A stretch of 64,000 bases of DNA from a virus. Taxonomy: Duplodnaviria; Caudoviricetes. Both the position numbers and the translations under genes were made by a program. Location: positions 8,080-72,079 of the IMG/VR virus record IMGVR_UViG_3300032218_004357; one strand, given 5' to 3'. Positions 48,444-56,866 of this stretch are shown in pieces. Within the stretch, counting starts at the first letter, position 1. Every line of letters starts with the position of its first letter. Under the pieces are notes generated by a model, which was not told the origin of the DNA, ran no database searches, and was given only the letters and a program-made list of their open reading frames with translations.

Positions 48444-48820
48444 TGGTGCAGCAGGACATGGGGATGAATGCTGGGGCGTCGAGTATTAGGGCGGGGAGTA
48501 CGGTTCGGGTGGATCGGAGTGTGCCGTGGGATGGGCCGGGGGAGTGGGCGTCTCGACGGATTGCGCATCTTGAGGGTGCGTTGAGGTTGTTGGATCGTTT
48601 GGTGTGGGGGGATGTGATGGTGGAGCGGGATGATTTGAGCGCGGAGGAGCGGGTGGCGTTGTTGCGTGCGTGGTCGGCTCGGATGATTGGGCCGATCGGG
48701 GTGGCGGCTGGGCCGTGTTCGCCGGATGCGTTGCGGATGCTCGGCGAGTTGTTGGTGGCGCAGGGCCGGTGGTCAGCCGAGGCGGATGCCGCACTCGTGG
48801 CACCAGAGGAGCCCGTGTAG
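48443..48820 (+). CDS. Hypothetical protein
   Basis: TGATG overlap; strongly G/T-skewed codons. Confidence 0.4.
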   Translation: MVQQDMGMNAGASSIRAGSTVRVDRSVPWDGPGEWASRRIAHLEGALRLLDRLVWGDVMVERDDLSAEERVALLRAWSARMIGPIGVAAGPCSPDALRMLGELLVAQGRWSAEADAALVAPEEPV

Positions 48821-49111
48821 GGCTTCTGGGGGGTCTGTGAGGCCCGGGCAGGTGCCGGTGGCTCCGCAGGGTGTGGTGAGCGGGGCGTCCGTCAGGTAGG
48901 CGTGTAGGGCGTCTGCGGGGCTGGCGAGGGGTGCTGCTGCGGGTGGCGGGGCTGGGATGCCGTCCTCGAGCCGGGCTTGGAGGCGGAGGGCGTTCGCTGC
49001 CCATGCGTTGAGGGAGAGTCCGGCGTTCTGGGCTGCGGTCTGAAGTTGTTCCTTCAGGTGGGCGGGAACTCGCAGGTAGACGACGGTTTCTCGGTCAGGG
49101 TTGGGCGGCAT
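48773..49111 (-). CDS. Ribbon-helix-helix (Arc/HicB-like) protein with C-terminal Cys cluster
   Basis: VYLRVPAHLKEQL..AA...GLSLNAW; C-terminal PCG..GTC and CHEC. Confidence 0.7.
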   Translation of the reverse strand: MPPNPDRETVVYLRVPAHLKEQLQTAAQNAGLSLNAWAANALRLQARLEDGIPAPPPAAAPLASPADALHAYLTDAPLTTPCGATGTCPGLTDPPEALHGLLWCHECGIRLG

Positions 49112-49283
49112 CTCGGGTGGCGAGCAGCGTGATGTAGTCGGCGATGCTCATGTCGTAGCCGTCGGCCATGTCGATCAAGAGGTTCTTGGTTTCGGCGGGG
49201 ACTCGGATGGTGATGGTCGTGTTCGTGCCGGTTTCGGCGCGGCGGGGCGGTCGGCCGGTGCGGCGGGCGATGTTGGTGAGCAT
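49095..49283 (-). CDS. Ribbon-helix-helix protein with GRP (AT-hook-like) N-terminus
   Basis: RRTGRPPR...ITIRVPAETK..L..MA..Y.MSIADYI. Confidence 0.7.
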   Translation of the reverse strand: MLTNIARRTGRPPRRAETGTNTTITIRVPAETKNLLIDMADGYDMSIADYITLLATRDAAQP

Positions 49284-49324
49284 GCGTGGATCGTACCCGA
49301 AAACTTGACTTGCTGTAAACCGAT

Positions 49325-49522
49325 GTGTACGATGCGCCCACTATGTGGGACTACTACCAAGCCCTCATCGACCACGAAGCCCGCCTCGAAGAATACGGGC
49401 GGCCACTCACCAACACCGAGGCCCTCGAACTATTCGAGGCGACCCGTGGCGTATTCGAACCAGACGACCCGCCCGTCTACTGGGAAGCCGCCGACCCCGA
49501 GGAGGAACACCCCCATGACTGA
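49325..49522 (+). CDS. Small acidic hypothetical protein
   Basis: 65-aa ORF overlapping the WhiB start. Confidence 0.5.
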   Translation: MYDAPTMWDYYQALIDHEARLEEYGRPLTNTEALELFEATRGVFEPDDPPVYWEAADPEEEHPHD

Positions 49523-49766
49523 AGCATGGCGCAACGACGCCGCCTGCCGCGGCCGAGACTCAAACGTCTGGTACCCCGACAACCGCATCGGCCTCCGAGA
49601 TGCCATGCGCATCTGCGCCGTCTGCACCGTCAAAGACGAATGCCTCGAGTTCGCCCTCGAAGCCGAAGAAATCCACGGTGTCTGGGGCGGCAAAACCGAA
49701 ACCGAACGCCGTCTCCTGCTCCGTCGACGTCGGAAGGATGCCCGGCGGCTTACCGTCGCGTCCTGA
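49515..49766 (+). CDS. whiB: WhiB-family Fe-S transcription factor (second copy)
   Basis: GGAGG RBS; W..DAAC.....WYP....A.RICAVC.V..ECL..AL...E.HGVWGG.TE.ER. Confidence 0.92.
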   Translation: MTEAWRNDAACRGRDSNVWYPDNRIGLRDAMRICAVCTVKDECLEFALEAEEIHGVWGGKTETERRLLLRRRRKDARRLTVAS

Positions 49767-50081
49767 TCACGGCTTCCGGTACGACAGTTTGTACCCACAA
49801 CGGTGGCAGAAATGCCCCCATTGATTGAATCGGATCTCGCTCTGGGGGTGCGTGCAGTCGAGGATCTCCGCCGCCCGCGCATCACAGAGTTGCCGGACGT
49901 ACTCGGCGAGACTGATCCCGAGACGTTCCGCCGTGTCCTTCCACCGTTGGTGACTTGACCGGGGAGCCCGGATCAACACCTGCTGGAGCGGATCTTCGTC
50001 CGTTGCGCCCGTCGAACGCCGCACCGTCGGTTTGATCGAATCGGCGACTTGCTGCATGGCGGCCTCGAGGTTGTCACTCAC
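49767..50081 (-). CDS. RHH-like protein with C-terminal Zn ribbon
   Basis: VLIRAP...HQRWK.TAE..GISLAEYVR; C.H...CHRC. Confidence 0.65.
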   Translation of the reverse strand: MSDNLEAAMQQVADSIKPTVRRSTGATDEDPLQQVLIRAPRSSHQRWKDTAERLGISLAEYVRQLCDARAAEILDCTHPQSEIRFNQWGHFCHRCGYKLSYRKP

Positions 50082-50719
50082 TCGACGATCTCCGCATCCC
50101 GAATGACCTCAATCCCCTGCTCGTCTTCCGGAATGTCCCGCACCGCACCCTCGATCTCGGGGACGTCCCGGCCCAACATGCCCATCACCGTATCCCGTGG
50201 GAGCACCCCGGACTGGCCCATCAGTTCCAAGAGTTGACGGGCTTCGGTCTCCGGATCGAACGCATCCGCCGCAGCGGCACCATCTGCACCAGCGAGCACG
50301 GCCCGTTGAGGGGCCTGCTCTCCGCTGTCGACAGCGACGTTGATGTTCACGGCTTCCATGCCGAGGAGTTTCGAACGCCGATCCATGATCGACAAGACCT
50401 GCTGAATTGCTCGGAGATCCGGTTCGATGACGAGTTCGCTGCCGTCCGGGGCTGTGACCTTCCGGTGCTGGGTGAGGGGCCAGATCGCCTGCTGGAGCGC
50501 GTCGAGGCGCTCCAGTTCGAGCCGGAGCACCTCCGGGTAGGCGAGGAGGGCTTCTCGGTTCAGGGACTGGAGTTGCCGGGTGACCGCGGCGTGGACGGCT
50601 CGCGTCGAGATACCGAACCGTTTGGCGATCTCCCCGGTCGGTACGCCGGTCTTGCGCATCTGGAAGATGCGGGCATCCCGCTCGGCGAGGAACTCTCTCG
50701 TGAGACCGTCGCTACTCAT
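50078..50719 (-). CDS. HTH protein, probable terminase small subunit
   Basis: N-terminal HTH, then LELERLDAL..AIW...D..AI..VL.IMDRRSKLLG, typical of actinophage TerS-like proteins. Confidence 0.6.
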   Translation of the reverse strand: MSSDGLTREFLAERDARIFQMRKTGVPTGEIAKRFGISTRAVHAAVTRQLQSLNREALLAYPEVLRLELERLDALQQAIWPLTQHRKVTAPDGSELVIEPDLRAIQQVLSIMDRRSKLLGMEAVNINVAVDSGEQAPQRAVLAGADGAAAADAFDPETEARQLLELMGQSGVLPRDTVMGMLGRDVPEIEGAVRDIPEDEQGIEVIRDAEIVE

Positions 50720-52448
50720 TGGACCCTTGCTTCGAGAACTCGATCACTTCGAACGGAAACAGCGTACTCCGTTTCATTCGAACCGGCCATTGGCGGAGGT
50801 CTCGAGGCCCACGCCACTGCTTCACCTCGTACACCGGGTCACCGACCGCCGTCGGATCTGGTGCCAGCGCGTACCCGAACTCCGGCCACCGCATCCACAC
50901 CGCCGAACCCATCGGCCGCAAGTCCCGGGCCGACAGCGAATTACCGAGCGGAGCGTGATGCTCGAGCCACAACGCACACCCGTAGGTGGTACGGATCTCG
51001 TCGAGGATCAACGCCACCTCGATCGCCGTTGCTTCAGCCGTCCGGTTCCCCGGATCAATGAACGCCTTGTAGAGGGGACCAAGCACCAACAGTTCCGGTT
51101 GAATCTTTTCGATCTGTTCCTCGAGGAGGAGCCGGTCCGTCGGCTTCAGCAAGTTGATACCGTCCGGCTTCACCCACAAGTGCGCTTCAGGATCCGCCGT
51201 CGACTCGTACGCACGATGCAACGCACCGAGGATCTTCCGTGACGTGCGCCGGATGATCCGTTCCGGGTTCTCGAGATCCACGAACAGGGTCTTCACCGGA
51301 CGCATCCGCCCGAGCGTGAACGGATGGACGCCAGCCCCGGACAGGATCGCAACCTGCCGAGCGAGCATCGTCTTGCCGACTCCCTCCGCCGCGACGATCA
51401 TCACCCGCTCCTGCCGCTCGAGCATCCCGGGGATCAACCAGTCATACCCGTCGTCCTCGGTTTCGTTGATGAGCGTCGTCCACCGCACCAACCGGCCCGG
51501 GTTCTTGACGACCGACGGGTCTCCGGCAGCAGCGAGCAACCCTCGAGCACGAGCGATTTTCGCGTCGACATCCAAATCCCGAGTTGCGAGTTCCTCGAGA
51601 GCGACCAGAACTTGACGAAACTCGTCAACTTCTTGCACGGTCTCCTCGAGCGGCACCTCGACCGACGCATCCAAATCAACGAGATCGCTGACCGTTCCCC
51701 CCACTCCGAGGAGATCAGCAATGTCTTTGTGCGGAGCCGGAGGAACTTTTACCCGATGTTCGATACCGATGGCCGTCAAACTTGCAGCGACCGCACGGGC
51801 GTGCCGCCATCCGGGTTCGTCGTTGTCGCCGACGACCACCACTCGAGCGCCACGCAACCATTCCGAGTATTGCGGCAACCACTTCGACTGGTTTGGGCCG
51901 CCCGCCCCGCCCGGGTTCGTCGTCGCGACATACCCGGCGCGCTCGAGCGCATGGACGTCTTTCTCGCCCTCGCAGACCACGACGACACCACCGGCAGCCG
52001 CTGTCGCGAGAATGTCCGGCAAACGGTAGAGCGGCTTCTCGAGGCCAGAAGTTTTCCAGTCCCAACCACCGCGACCATCCGGTTGCCGTTGCCGGAACGT
52101 CTTCTTTCCGTCGGCATCTCGATACCGGAGCACTTGGAATACGAGTCCACCGTCGGCATCGAGATACTCGTAGGTGTCCTCGAGGCGTCCGGGACCCACG
52201 ACCCGGGGCTCCTCGGGCGGCGGGAACAGGTCGTTGATCGTCAACCCGAGCGCATCACAGATTTGGCCCGTGTCGCACCCATCACCACGATGGCAATGAA
52301 TCAACGCACGACCGTCTGCTCCTTCACCAACCGACACCGACGGGTTGTTGTCGTCGGCACGACACGGACACGCCGCATCCCATTGGTTGCCGGTGCGACG
52401 AACCTTGTGGAGTCGTTTGAGGACGTTCTCAACCTGCGGGGACGACAT
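50712..52448 (-). CDS. Primase-helicase (Zn finger + TOPRIM + RecA-type/AAA_25 helicase)
   Basis: ACPC..DD.NPS...C..GC; VCEGEKD, GDNDEPG; AEGVGKT Walker A, LLVLGPL, EHH, GS..W motifs. Start at ATG 52448. Confidence 0.9.
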   Translation of the reverse strand: MSSPQVENVLKRLHKVRRTGNQWDAACPCRADDNNPSVSVGEGADGRALIHCHRGDGCDTGQICDALGLTINDLFPPPEEPRVVGPGRLEDTYEYLDADGGLVFQVLRYRDADGKKTFRQRQPDGRGGWDWKTSGLEKPLYRLPDILATAAAGGVVVVCEGEKDVHALERAGYVATTNPGGAGGPNQSKWLPQYSEWLRGARVVVVGDNDEPGWRHARAVAASLTAIGIEHRVKVPPAPHKDIADLLGVGGTVSDLVDLDASVEVPLEETVQEVDEFRQVLVALEELATRDLDVDAKIARARGLLAAAGDPSVVKNPGRLVRWTTLINETEDDGYDWLIPGMLERQERVMIVAAEGVGKTMLARQVAILSGAGVHPFTLGRMRPVKTLFVDLENPERIIRRTSRKILGALHRAYESTADPEAHLWVKPDGINLLKPTDRLLLEEQIEKIQPELLVLGPLYKAFIDPGNRTAEATAIEVALILDEIRTTYGCALWLEHHAPLGNSLSARDLRPMGSAVWMRWPEFGYALAPDPTAVGDPVYEVKQWRGPRDLRQWPVRMKRSTLFPFEVIEFSKQGSNE

Positions 52449-52908
52449 CCGGTTCCTCTGTCGGTTGCACCGGAAGTCCGAGGGTTTCGAGTTCGAACTC
52501 CTCGATGACCCGTCGCCACGCACGAGTGAACGCTTCGTGGTCGTCTCTCGAGGTGCCGTGAATCCCGGATTCAGCGAGGGCACGAGCGACGAGCGGGGCT
52601 ACGTCGGTCCACGTGCCCTGCTGCACCGCCATGATCCGGTCCTTCGCTTGCACCCACGCCATCTCGACGGTGAGGACATCGCTGAGGAACTCAGCGAGCA
52701 CCATCCGACGGACCGTCCCCACCCGAGGAGCGAACGGTTTGTCGGCGAGAATCAACGCGTCGATGGCTGCCTGCACTTCCGTGTAGTTCAAATCGTTCAG
52801 GTACCGCCACCACATCTTGTAGAACGCCTTGCGACGATCACCACCGAGACTCAAGTTCCAGTTGGCGATGACGCAGTCCGCCACCGAGACGAGTTCTTCT
52901 CTGGTCAC
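52429..52908 (-). CDS. Helicase loader/inhibitor-like (G39P-like) protein
   Basis: W...L.DL.Y.EV..AI..L.......P..G..R pattern; sits between the initiator-like gene and primase-helicase. Confidence 0.5.
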   Translation of the reverse strand: MTREELVSVADCVIANWNLSLGGDRRKAFYKMWWRYLNDLNYTEVQAAIDALILADKPFAPRVGTVRRMVLAEFLSDVLTVEMAWVQAKDRIMAVQQGTWTDVAPLVARALAESGIHGTSRDDHEAFTRAWRRVIEEFELETLGLPVQPTEEPDVVPAG

Positions 52909-53276
52909 CAGTCCACCTCCACCGTCGGAGCATCGAAGTCTGTACGCAGCGTCGCCTCGAGCGCCATCCCCGCAAACCGTTCGATGTGCTGCGCGTCGCG
53001 AAAGATCAACTCGAGGTCGTTGTATTTCTTGTTCCGAGAGTTCTGCCCCATGTGAAAGTCCGAGAGAGCACACCCGTTGATCGCGGCGATGCACGTCTCA
53101 AACGAGTAGTCCCGAAGGGTTCGCTCGAGGAGCCGTCGGCGACGATCGGTCAGCACGGTCTGCGGGGCCCCTCGCACCGTCCGGTGAACCTGCACCCAGT
53201 AGTTGAATACATCGAGAACTCGATCCACGCGCGGGGGTAGTTCTTCGTCGGAGAAGAGAGAACCAGTTGCTTCCAC
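52905..53276 (-). CDS. Replication initiator C-terminal-like domain protein
   Basis: AAGGAG RBS; VFNYW...LT..RR..L...L..Y.......AI.G...S.FHMG.N......DLELIFR resembles the conserved C-terminus of phage replisome organisers. Confidence 0.6.
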   Translation of the reverse strand: MEATGSLFSDEELPPRVDRVLDVFNYWVQVHRTVRGAPQTVLTDRRRRLLERTLRDYSFETCIAAINGCALSDFHMGQNSRNKKYNDLELIFRDAQHIERFAGMALEATLRTDFDAPTVEVDW

Positions 53277-53550
53277 TATTACGACTCCTTACGGAATGCA
53301 GTTGGAACTAACAACATCCACATACTTCTATTCACCAACGTAAAAGAGAACTTGGTAAACAGAACTACGTGGAGGTTGTTCTCTACATTTACCCTCCCCC
53401 CTCATACCCCCCCTCCCGGACGATCTGGGCCTCGAGCCGGAATGGGCGCGAGGAACCAGAGCCCCGGGTTGGGGACACGCGAGAGGTCAGGTCGGTTCGC
53501 TGGTATACAAGCCCGGAGGGCTTTAGGCCTACAGCGTCTTGCGGTGGAGC

Positions 53551-53579
53551 ACTGTAGCCGCTTTCGCTTCGCCGATCAA
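53551..53579 (-). promoter_or_regulatory. Leftward sigmaA-type promoter for the replication operon (TTGATC-17-TACAGT)
   Basis: Minus-strand -35 at 53574-53579 and -10 at 53551-53556, 17-bp spacer. Confidence 0.6.
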
Positions 53580-53626
53580 CAACAAGATGTTGTGGTTCGA
53601 GATCGCGTTGACACAAGATGTTGTGG
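53580..53626. promoter_or_regulatory. Tandem NrdR-box-like operators (CAACAAGATGTTGTGG; ACACAAGATGTTGTGG), 31-bp spacing
   Basis: 16-bp perfect direct repeat (53582-53597 and 53613-53628) whose core is the near-palindrome CACAAGATGTTGTG. It resembles the NrdR consensus acaCwAtATaTwGtg and overlaps TTGACA at 53608. Confidence 0.65.
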
Positions 53627-53665
53627 TTGTTGACCACATCGCTTCAGCGACGTACCGTGTCGACC

Positions 53666-54148
53666 ATGCAGACCCGCCCTGAAGTCACCACTTGGAACGC
53701 CGCCGCCTGCGAAGCCGTACGCGAGATGGTTCAGCGAGACAGCCCCGCACAAGAACTCACGGCCCTTCGAACTTTCTACGATGAGATGTCCCGCCGTATT
53801 CAAGAACCGGACATCGACGACGCCATCCTCGCTGCGATGTGGGGAGAGTTCGGAGCACGATGCCGAGCGAGCGCCGCCACCCTCGCCGGGCAGGGACTGC
53901 TCTGGACCACCGTCATCGACACCGTTATCTCAAAGCAGCGAGACTACGGCAAGGAGAACATCCTTCGGTTCGGGCAGTTCGGCCTCGTCGTACGAACCCA
54001 CGACAAGTTGGCCCGGCTGGAGCACCTCAAAGGAAGCGCCGCCACACCGAACCACGAATCGTTGCTCGACACCGTGCTCGACCTCGTCGGCTACTCGGTG
54101 ATCGGGCTGATGCTCGTCCGTGGTTGGTTCGATTACCCGCTGGTGTAG
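53666..54148 (+). CDS. DUF1599 / nucleotide modification associated domain 1 (Nmad1) protein
   Basis: KQRDYG.ENI..FG..GL.VR.HDK.ARL..L......P.HES..DT..DL.GY..I. Confidence 0.8.
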   Translation: MQTRPEVTTWNAAACEAVREMVQRDSPAQELTALRTFYDEMSRRIQEPDIDDAILAAMWGEFGARCRASAATLAGQGLLWTTVIDTVISKQRDYGKENILRFGQFGLVVRTHDKLARLEHLKGSAATPNHESLLDTVLDLVGYSVIGLMLVRGWFDYPLV

Positions 54149-54672
54149 CCGGACCAGCCGAGTAGCGCCGCCTGCCGAACGGCGAGCGCTGCCGTTGCCT
54201 GCGCATCCGGGAGCGCTCGATGGGCGTTGGTGAGGGGGATGCCCCACGCTGCGCACGCATCGCCGAGCCGATGCCGACCCGGAGTCCGCCGGGAAGCCCG
54301 GTCTTGATCAAGCGTGTCGATCACTCCAGCGATCTCCAGCCGGATACCGATGCGTTCGAGGGCCGTTCGCAGGAACGGTACGTCAAAGCCGTTGGCGTTG
54401 TGACCGACGACGACCTGTCCTCGTAACCGTTGGGCGACTACTTGGCCGATGCTCTTCCACGAAGGAGCGAGAGCGGCTTCGATCGCGGTGATGCCGTGGA
54501 TCTTTGAGAGGGGATCCATCAGCAGCCCGCGTTCGTCGATGCGGATCGACCGGACCTTGCTCGTCCACTCGGACACGACGACACCGCCCTCGTTGATTTC
54601 TACGAGAGCGATGTCGACGATGTGGTTGGTTGCTGGATCGAAGCCGGTGGTTTCGATGTCGATGACGATCAT
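54133..54672 (-). CDS. DEDDh 3'-5' exonuclease (DnaQ-like)
   Basis: IDIETTG, IHGIT, VGHNA.GFD..FL, HRAL.DA. ATGA overlap at 54669-54672. Confidence 0.9.
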   Translation of the reverse strand: MIVIDIETTGFDPATNHIVDIALVEINEGGVVVSEWTSKVRSIRIDERGLLMDPLSKIHGITAIEAALAPSWKSIGQVVAQRLRGQVVVGHNANGFDVPFLRTALERIGIRLEIAGVIDTLDQDRASRRTPGRHRLGDACAAWGIPLTNAHRALPDAQATAALAVRQAALLGWSGYTSG

Positions 54673-55016
54673 CGGTCTGCCGGTTCTCGGATCTCGTAGC
54701 CGTTCTTCGTGAGGATCGCGACGATGGCGTCGAGCGTGTCGGCGTCCCACATCACGCCGTCGAGAATGGCGTGGATCTGATCCAGCGCCTTCGAGTGATC
54801 GACGGCGAGGCCGATCAAGTGTGCTCCGGCGTCCCACTCGGTCTCGTCGGCGCGACCGACCCAGACCTCGTTGGTGACGTCCCAGACGTCCTGACCGTCG
54901 TAGCCGACGGACACGTCGGCGTCGATGTACGGGGTGCCGGTGCTGAGGATCGTGTTGTCGTCGTCGAGGACCATCTCGACGACCACCGGGTAGTGGATCT
55001 GGATCGTGCGGCTCAC
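54669..55016 (-). CDS. Acidic hypothetical protein
   Basis: AGGAG RBS; GTGA overlap with the upstream gene. Confidence 0.65.
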   Translation of the reverse strand: MSRTIQIHYPVVVEMVLDDDNTILSTGTPYIDADVSVGYDGQDVWDVTNEVWVGRADETEWDAGAHLIGLAVDHSKALDQIHAILDGVMWDADTLDAIVAILTKNGYEIREPADR

Positions 55017-55642
55017 TTGGTCTCCTGTTCGGGGGTCTTGGGGTTGTCGAGGACGTGGACTTCGACGCAGCGGAGCGGTCGCTCGTTGTCGTCGAAGTCG
55101 CCACGCATCTGGTCCGACACCAGCCGAGCGACGCTCCGCTTGGTGAGGATTTCGGCGGCGTCGCCGCTGAGCGCGATCTTGATGATCCACTCGGTGCGCG
55201 GGGGGAGGATCAACTCGTTCAGCATCTCGAACGCCTCGTTGATCGCGTCGTCCAAGTCGTGGAACACGGAACCGAAGTCCTCGGAGTCGTCGGAGTCGAA
55301 CACCTCGAACCACGCGTTGTTGTCCCAGACGAGACGATCCTCGGCGTCGAGCAACTTCTCGTCGTCGGTGATGCCCGCAGCGATGAGGCCGTCGGAGTCC
55401 CAGACGATGATGGGCTCGTCGCCGTCTTCACGCGACGGTTCGTCGCTGGGCCAGACGGCGAGGCGCATCTCGCCGACGCAGCGCACGGCGAGGGTGCGTC
55501 CAGCGTCGTTGGTGAGGATGGCGACCGGGTTGACGTATCCGACGTAGAACGCGGCGTCCTGTCGAGTGACTCGGTCGTTGTCGGTGGTCAGGGTGATCCT
55601 GACGTTGTTGGGGTTGTTCTGTTCGGGGTGGATGGTTTCCAC
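55013..55642 (-). CDS. Acidic hypothetical protein (cassette A5)
   Basis: AAGGAG RBS inside the repeat unit. Confidence 0.7.
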   Translation of the reverse strand: METIHPEQNNPNNVRITLTTDNDRVTRQDAAFYVGYVNPVAILTNDAGRTLAVRCVGEMRLAVWPSDEPSREDGDEPIIVWDSDGLIAAGITDDEKLLDAEDRLVWDNNAWFEVFDSDDSEDFGSVFHDLDDAINEAFEMLNELILPPRTEWIIKIALSGDAAEILTKRSVARLVSDQMRGDFDDNERPLRCVEVHVLDNPKTPEQETK

Positions 55643-55660
55643 GGTGTCTCCTTAGTAGCG

Positions 55661-55718
55661 GGGGTTGATACTAGGTAGTGTAGCAGGGGGGTCGGACATA
55701 GTCCTCCCCCCCCCGCTG
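55661..55718 (-). repeat. Cassette-boundary repeat unit 1: hairpin + TGCTACACT extended -10
   Basis: GGGGTTGATACTAGGTAGTGTAGCAGGGGGGTCGGACATAGTCCTCCCCCCCCGCTGC. Confidence 0.9.
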
Positions 55719-55719
55719 C

Positions 55720-56064
55720 TCACTTGCCGGAGCGGATGTTGCCGTTGTCGTCGAACGTGTCGTTGTACGCGTTCTGGATCATCTCGCCACCTTCGCTGGC
55801 GAGGCATTCGCGAATGCCCTTGCGCCACTCCCAACTGTTGAGCATCGCTTCGACGTCAGCGTCGGTGACGTCACGTTCGACCTCATCGGCGGCGAACGCG
55901 TCGGTGATGTATTCGCGCACGCCTCCGGGGGTGAAGAACGCTCCGGTGAAGCCGCTGACGTTCATCAGTCGGGCGATGACCCACGCTGCGACGTCTTCGT
56001 CCATCTCGGGAAGGGTGGCGACGATCGCAGCGGCGATGTCGATGGGGTTCTGGTCGGTGCTCAT
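55720..56064 (-). CDS. Acidic hypothetical protein (cassette A4)
   Basis: Flanked by repeat units; AAGGAG RBS. Confidence 0.7.
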   Translation of the reverse strand: MSTDQNPIDIAAAIVATLPEMDEDVAAWVIARLMNVSGFTGAFFTPGGVREYITDAFAADEVERDVTDADVEAMLNSWEWRKGIRECLASEGGEMIQNAYNDTFDDNGNIRSGK

Positions 56065-56081
56065 CTGATGTCTCCTTGCTC

Positions 56082-56136
56082 GGGGTTGATACTAGGTAGG
56101 TTAGCAGGGGGGTCGGACATAGTCCTCCCCCCCTGC
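56082..56136 (-). repeat. Cassette-boundary repeat unit 2 (most regular hairpin)
   Basis: GCAGGGGGG-TC-GGAC-ATA-GTCC-TC-CCCCCCTGC at 56104-56136. Confidence 0.9.
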
Positions 56137-56139
56137 CGG

Positions 56140-56790
56140 TCACTCGGCGGTGAGGGCCGTGGCGAGGGCTTCCGTCACCTGCTTGTCGCAGAAGTCGGCG
56201 GCGTCCTCGACGGCGTCGCTGTAGTCCGACCACCACTCCTGCTGGGCGTCGTCGTCGGTGTCCGGGGACGGCCGGTCGGCCACCCCCTTCGTGGCGGCGT
56301 AGGCGTCGAGTGCCTTGTCGCTGAACTCGTTCTCGGCGACGATCCGGCCGTCGGCGACTGCGGCCGCTCCGACGTAGCACCAGCCCTCATCGACGTATCG
56401 GAGGGTGACGGCGATGCCGAGCATCTCCGACATCTTGCGGTAGCCCTCGACGACGGGGGACCACGCGCTGTTGTTGCGGATCGTGATGGACGGTCGCACG
56501 GCGTTGCGGTCGTCGTTGACGAGCCACACGTCGTAGTCGCCCCACTTCGATCCCCAGAGGGCGACGGCGGCGGCGTAGCCGTCGATCCCGCCGTCCTGTC
56601 CGTTGGCGAAGACCGAGTATTCGTACGGCTCGCCGTCGGGGGTAACGCCGGTTCGCTTGATGGTCGCTTCGCTGGGGAGGGGCAGGAAGTGGTCGAGGAT
56701 GGACTTCTCGTCGGCGGCGAGGGCGGCGATCTGGTCGAGCACCTCGATCGGGCCGATGATGGTGGTGATGGTTTCGACGTGGTTCGGCAT
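56140..56790 (-). CDS. YubB/DUF1281-like ferredoxin-fold protein (cassette A3)
   Basis: MPNH start, F..LP.P, WGSKW, NSAWSP, LS/MS...Y.DEG...G pattern of the DUF1281/Api92 family. Confidence 0.6.
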   Translation of the reverse strand: MPNHVETITTIIGPIEVLDQIAALAADEKSILDHFLPLPSEATIKRTGVTPDGEPYEYSVFANGQDGGIDGYAAAVALWGSKWGDYDVWLVNDDRNAVRPSITIRNNSAWSPVVEGYRKMSEMLGIAVTLRYVDEGWCYVGAAAVADGRIVAENEFSDKALDAYAATKGVADRPSPDTDDDAQQEWWSDYSDAVEDAADFCDKQVTEALATALTAE

Positions 56791-56810
56791 TTCGGGTTGT
56801 CTCCTGTTCG

Positions 56811-56866
56811 GGGGTTGATACTAGGTAGTGTAGCAGGGGGGTCGGACATAGTCCTCCCCCCGCTGC
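56811..56866 (-). repeat. Cassette-boundary repeat unit 3
   Basis: Near-identical to unit 1. Confidence 0.9.

Noticed and set aside
53389-53637. 82-aa minus-strand ORF upstream of the replication operon
   Set aside because: It overlaps the predicted promoter and operator boxes, has atypical codon usage and no RBS.
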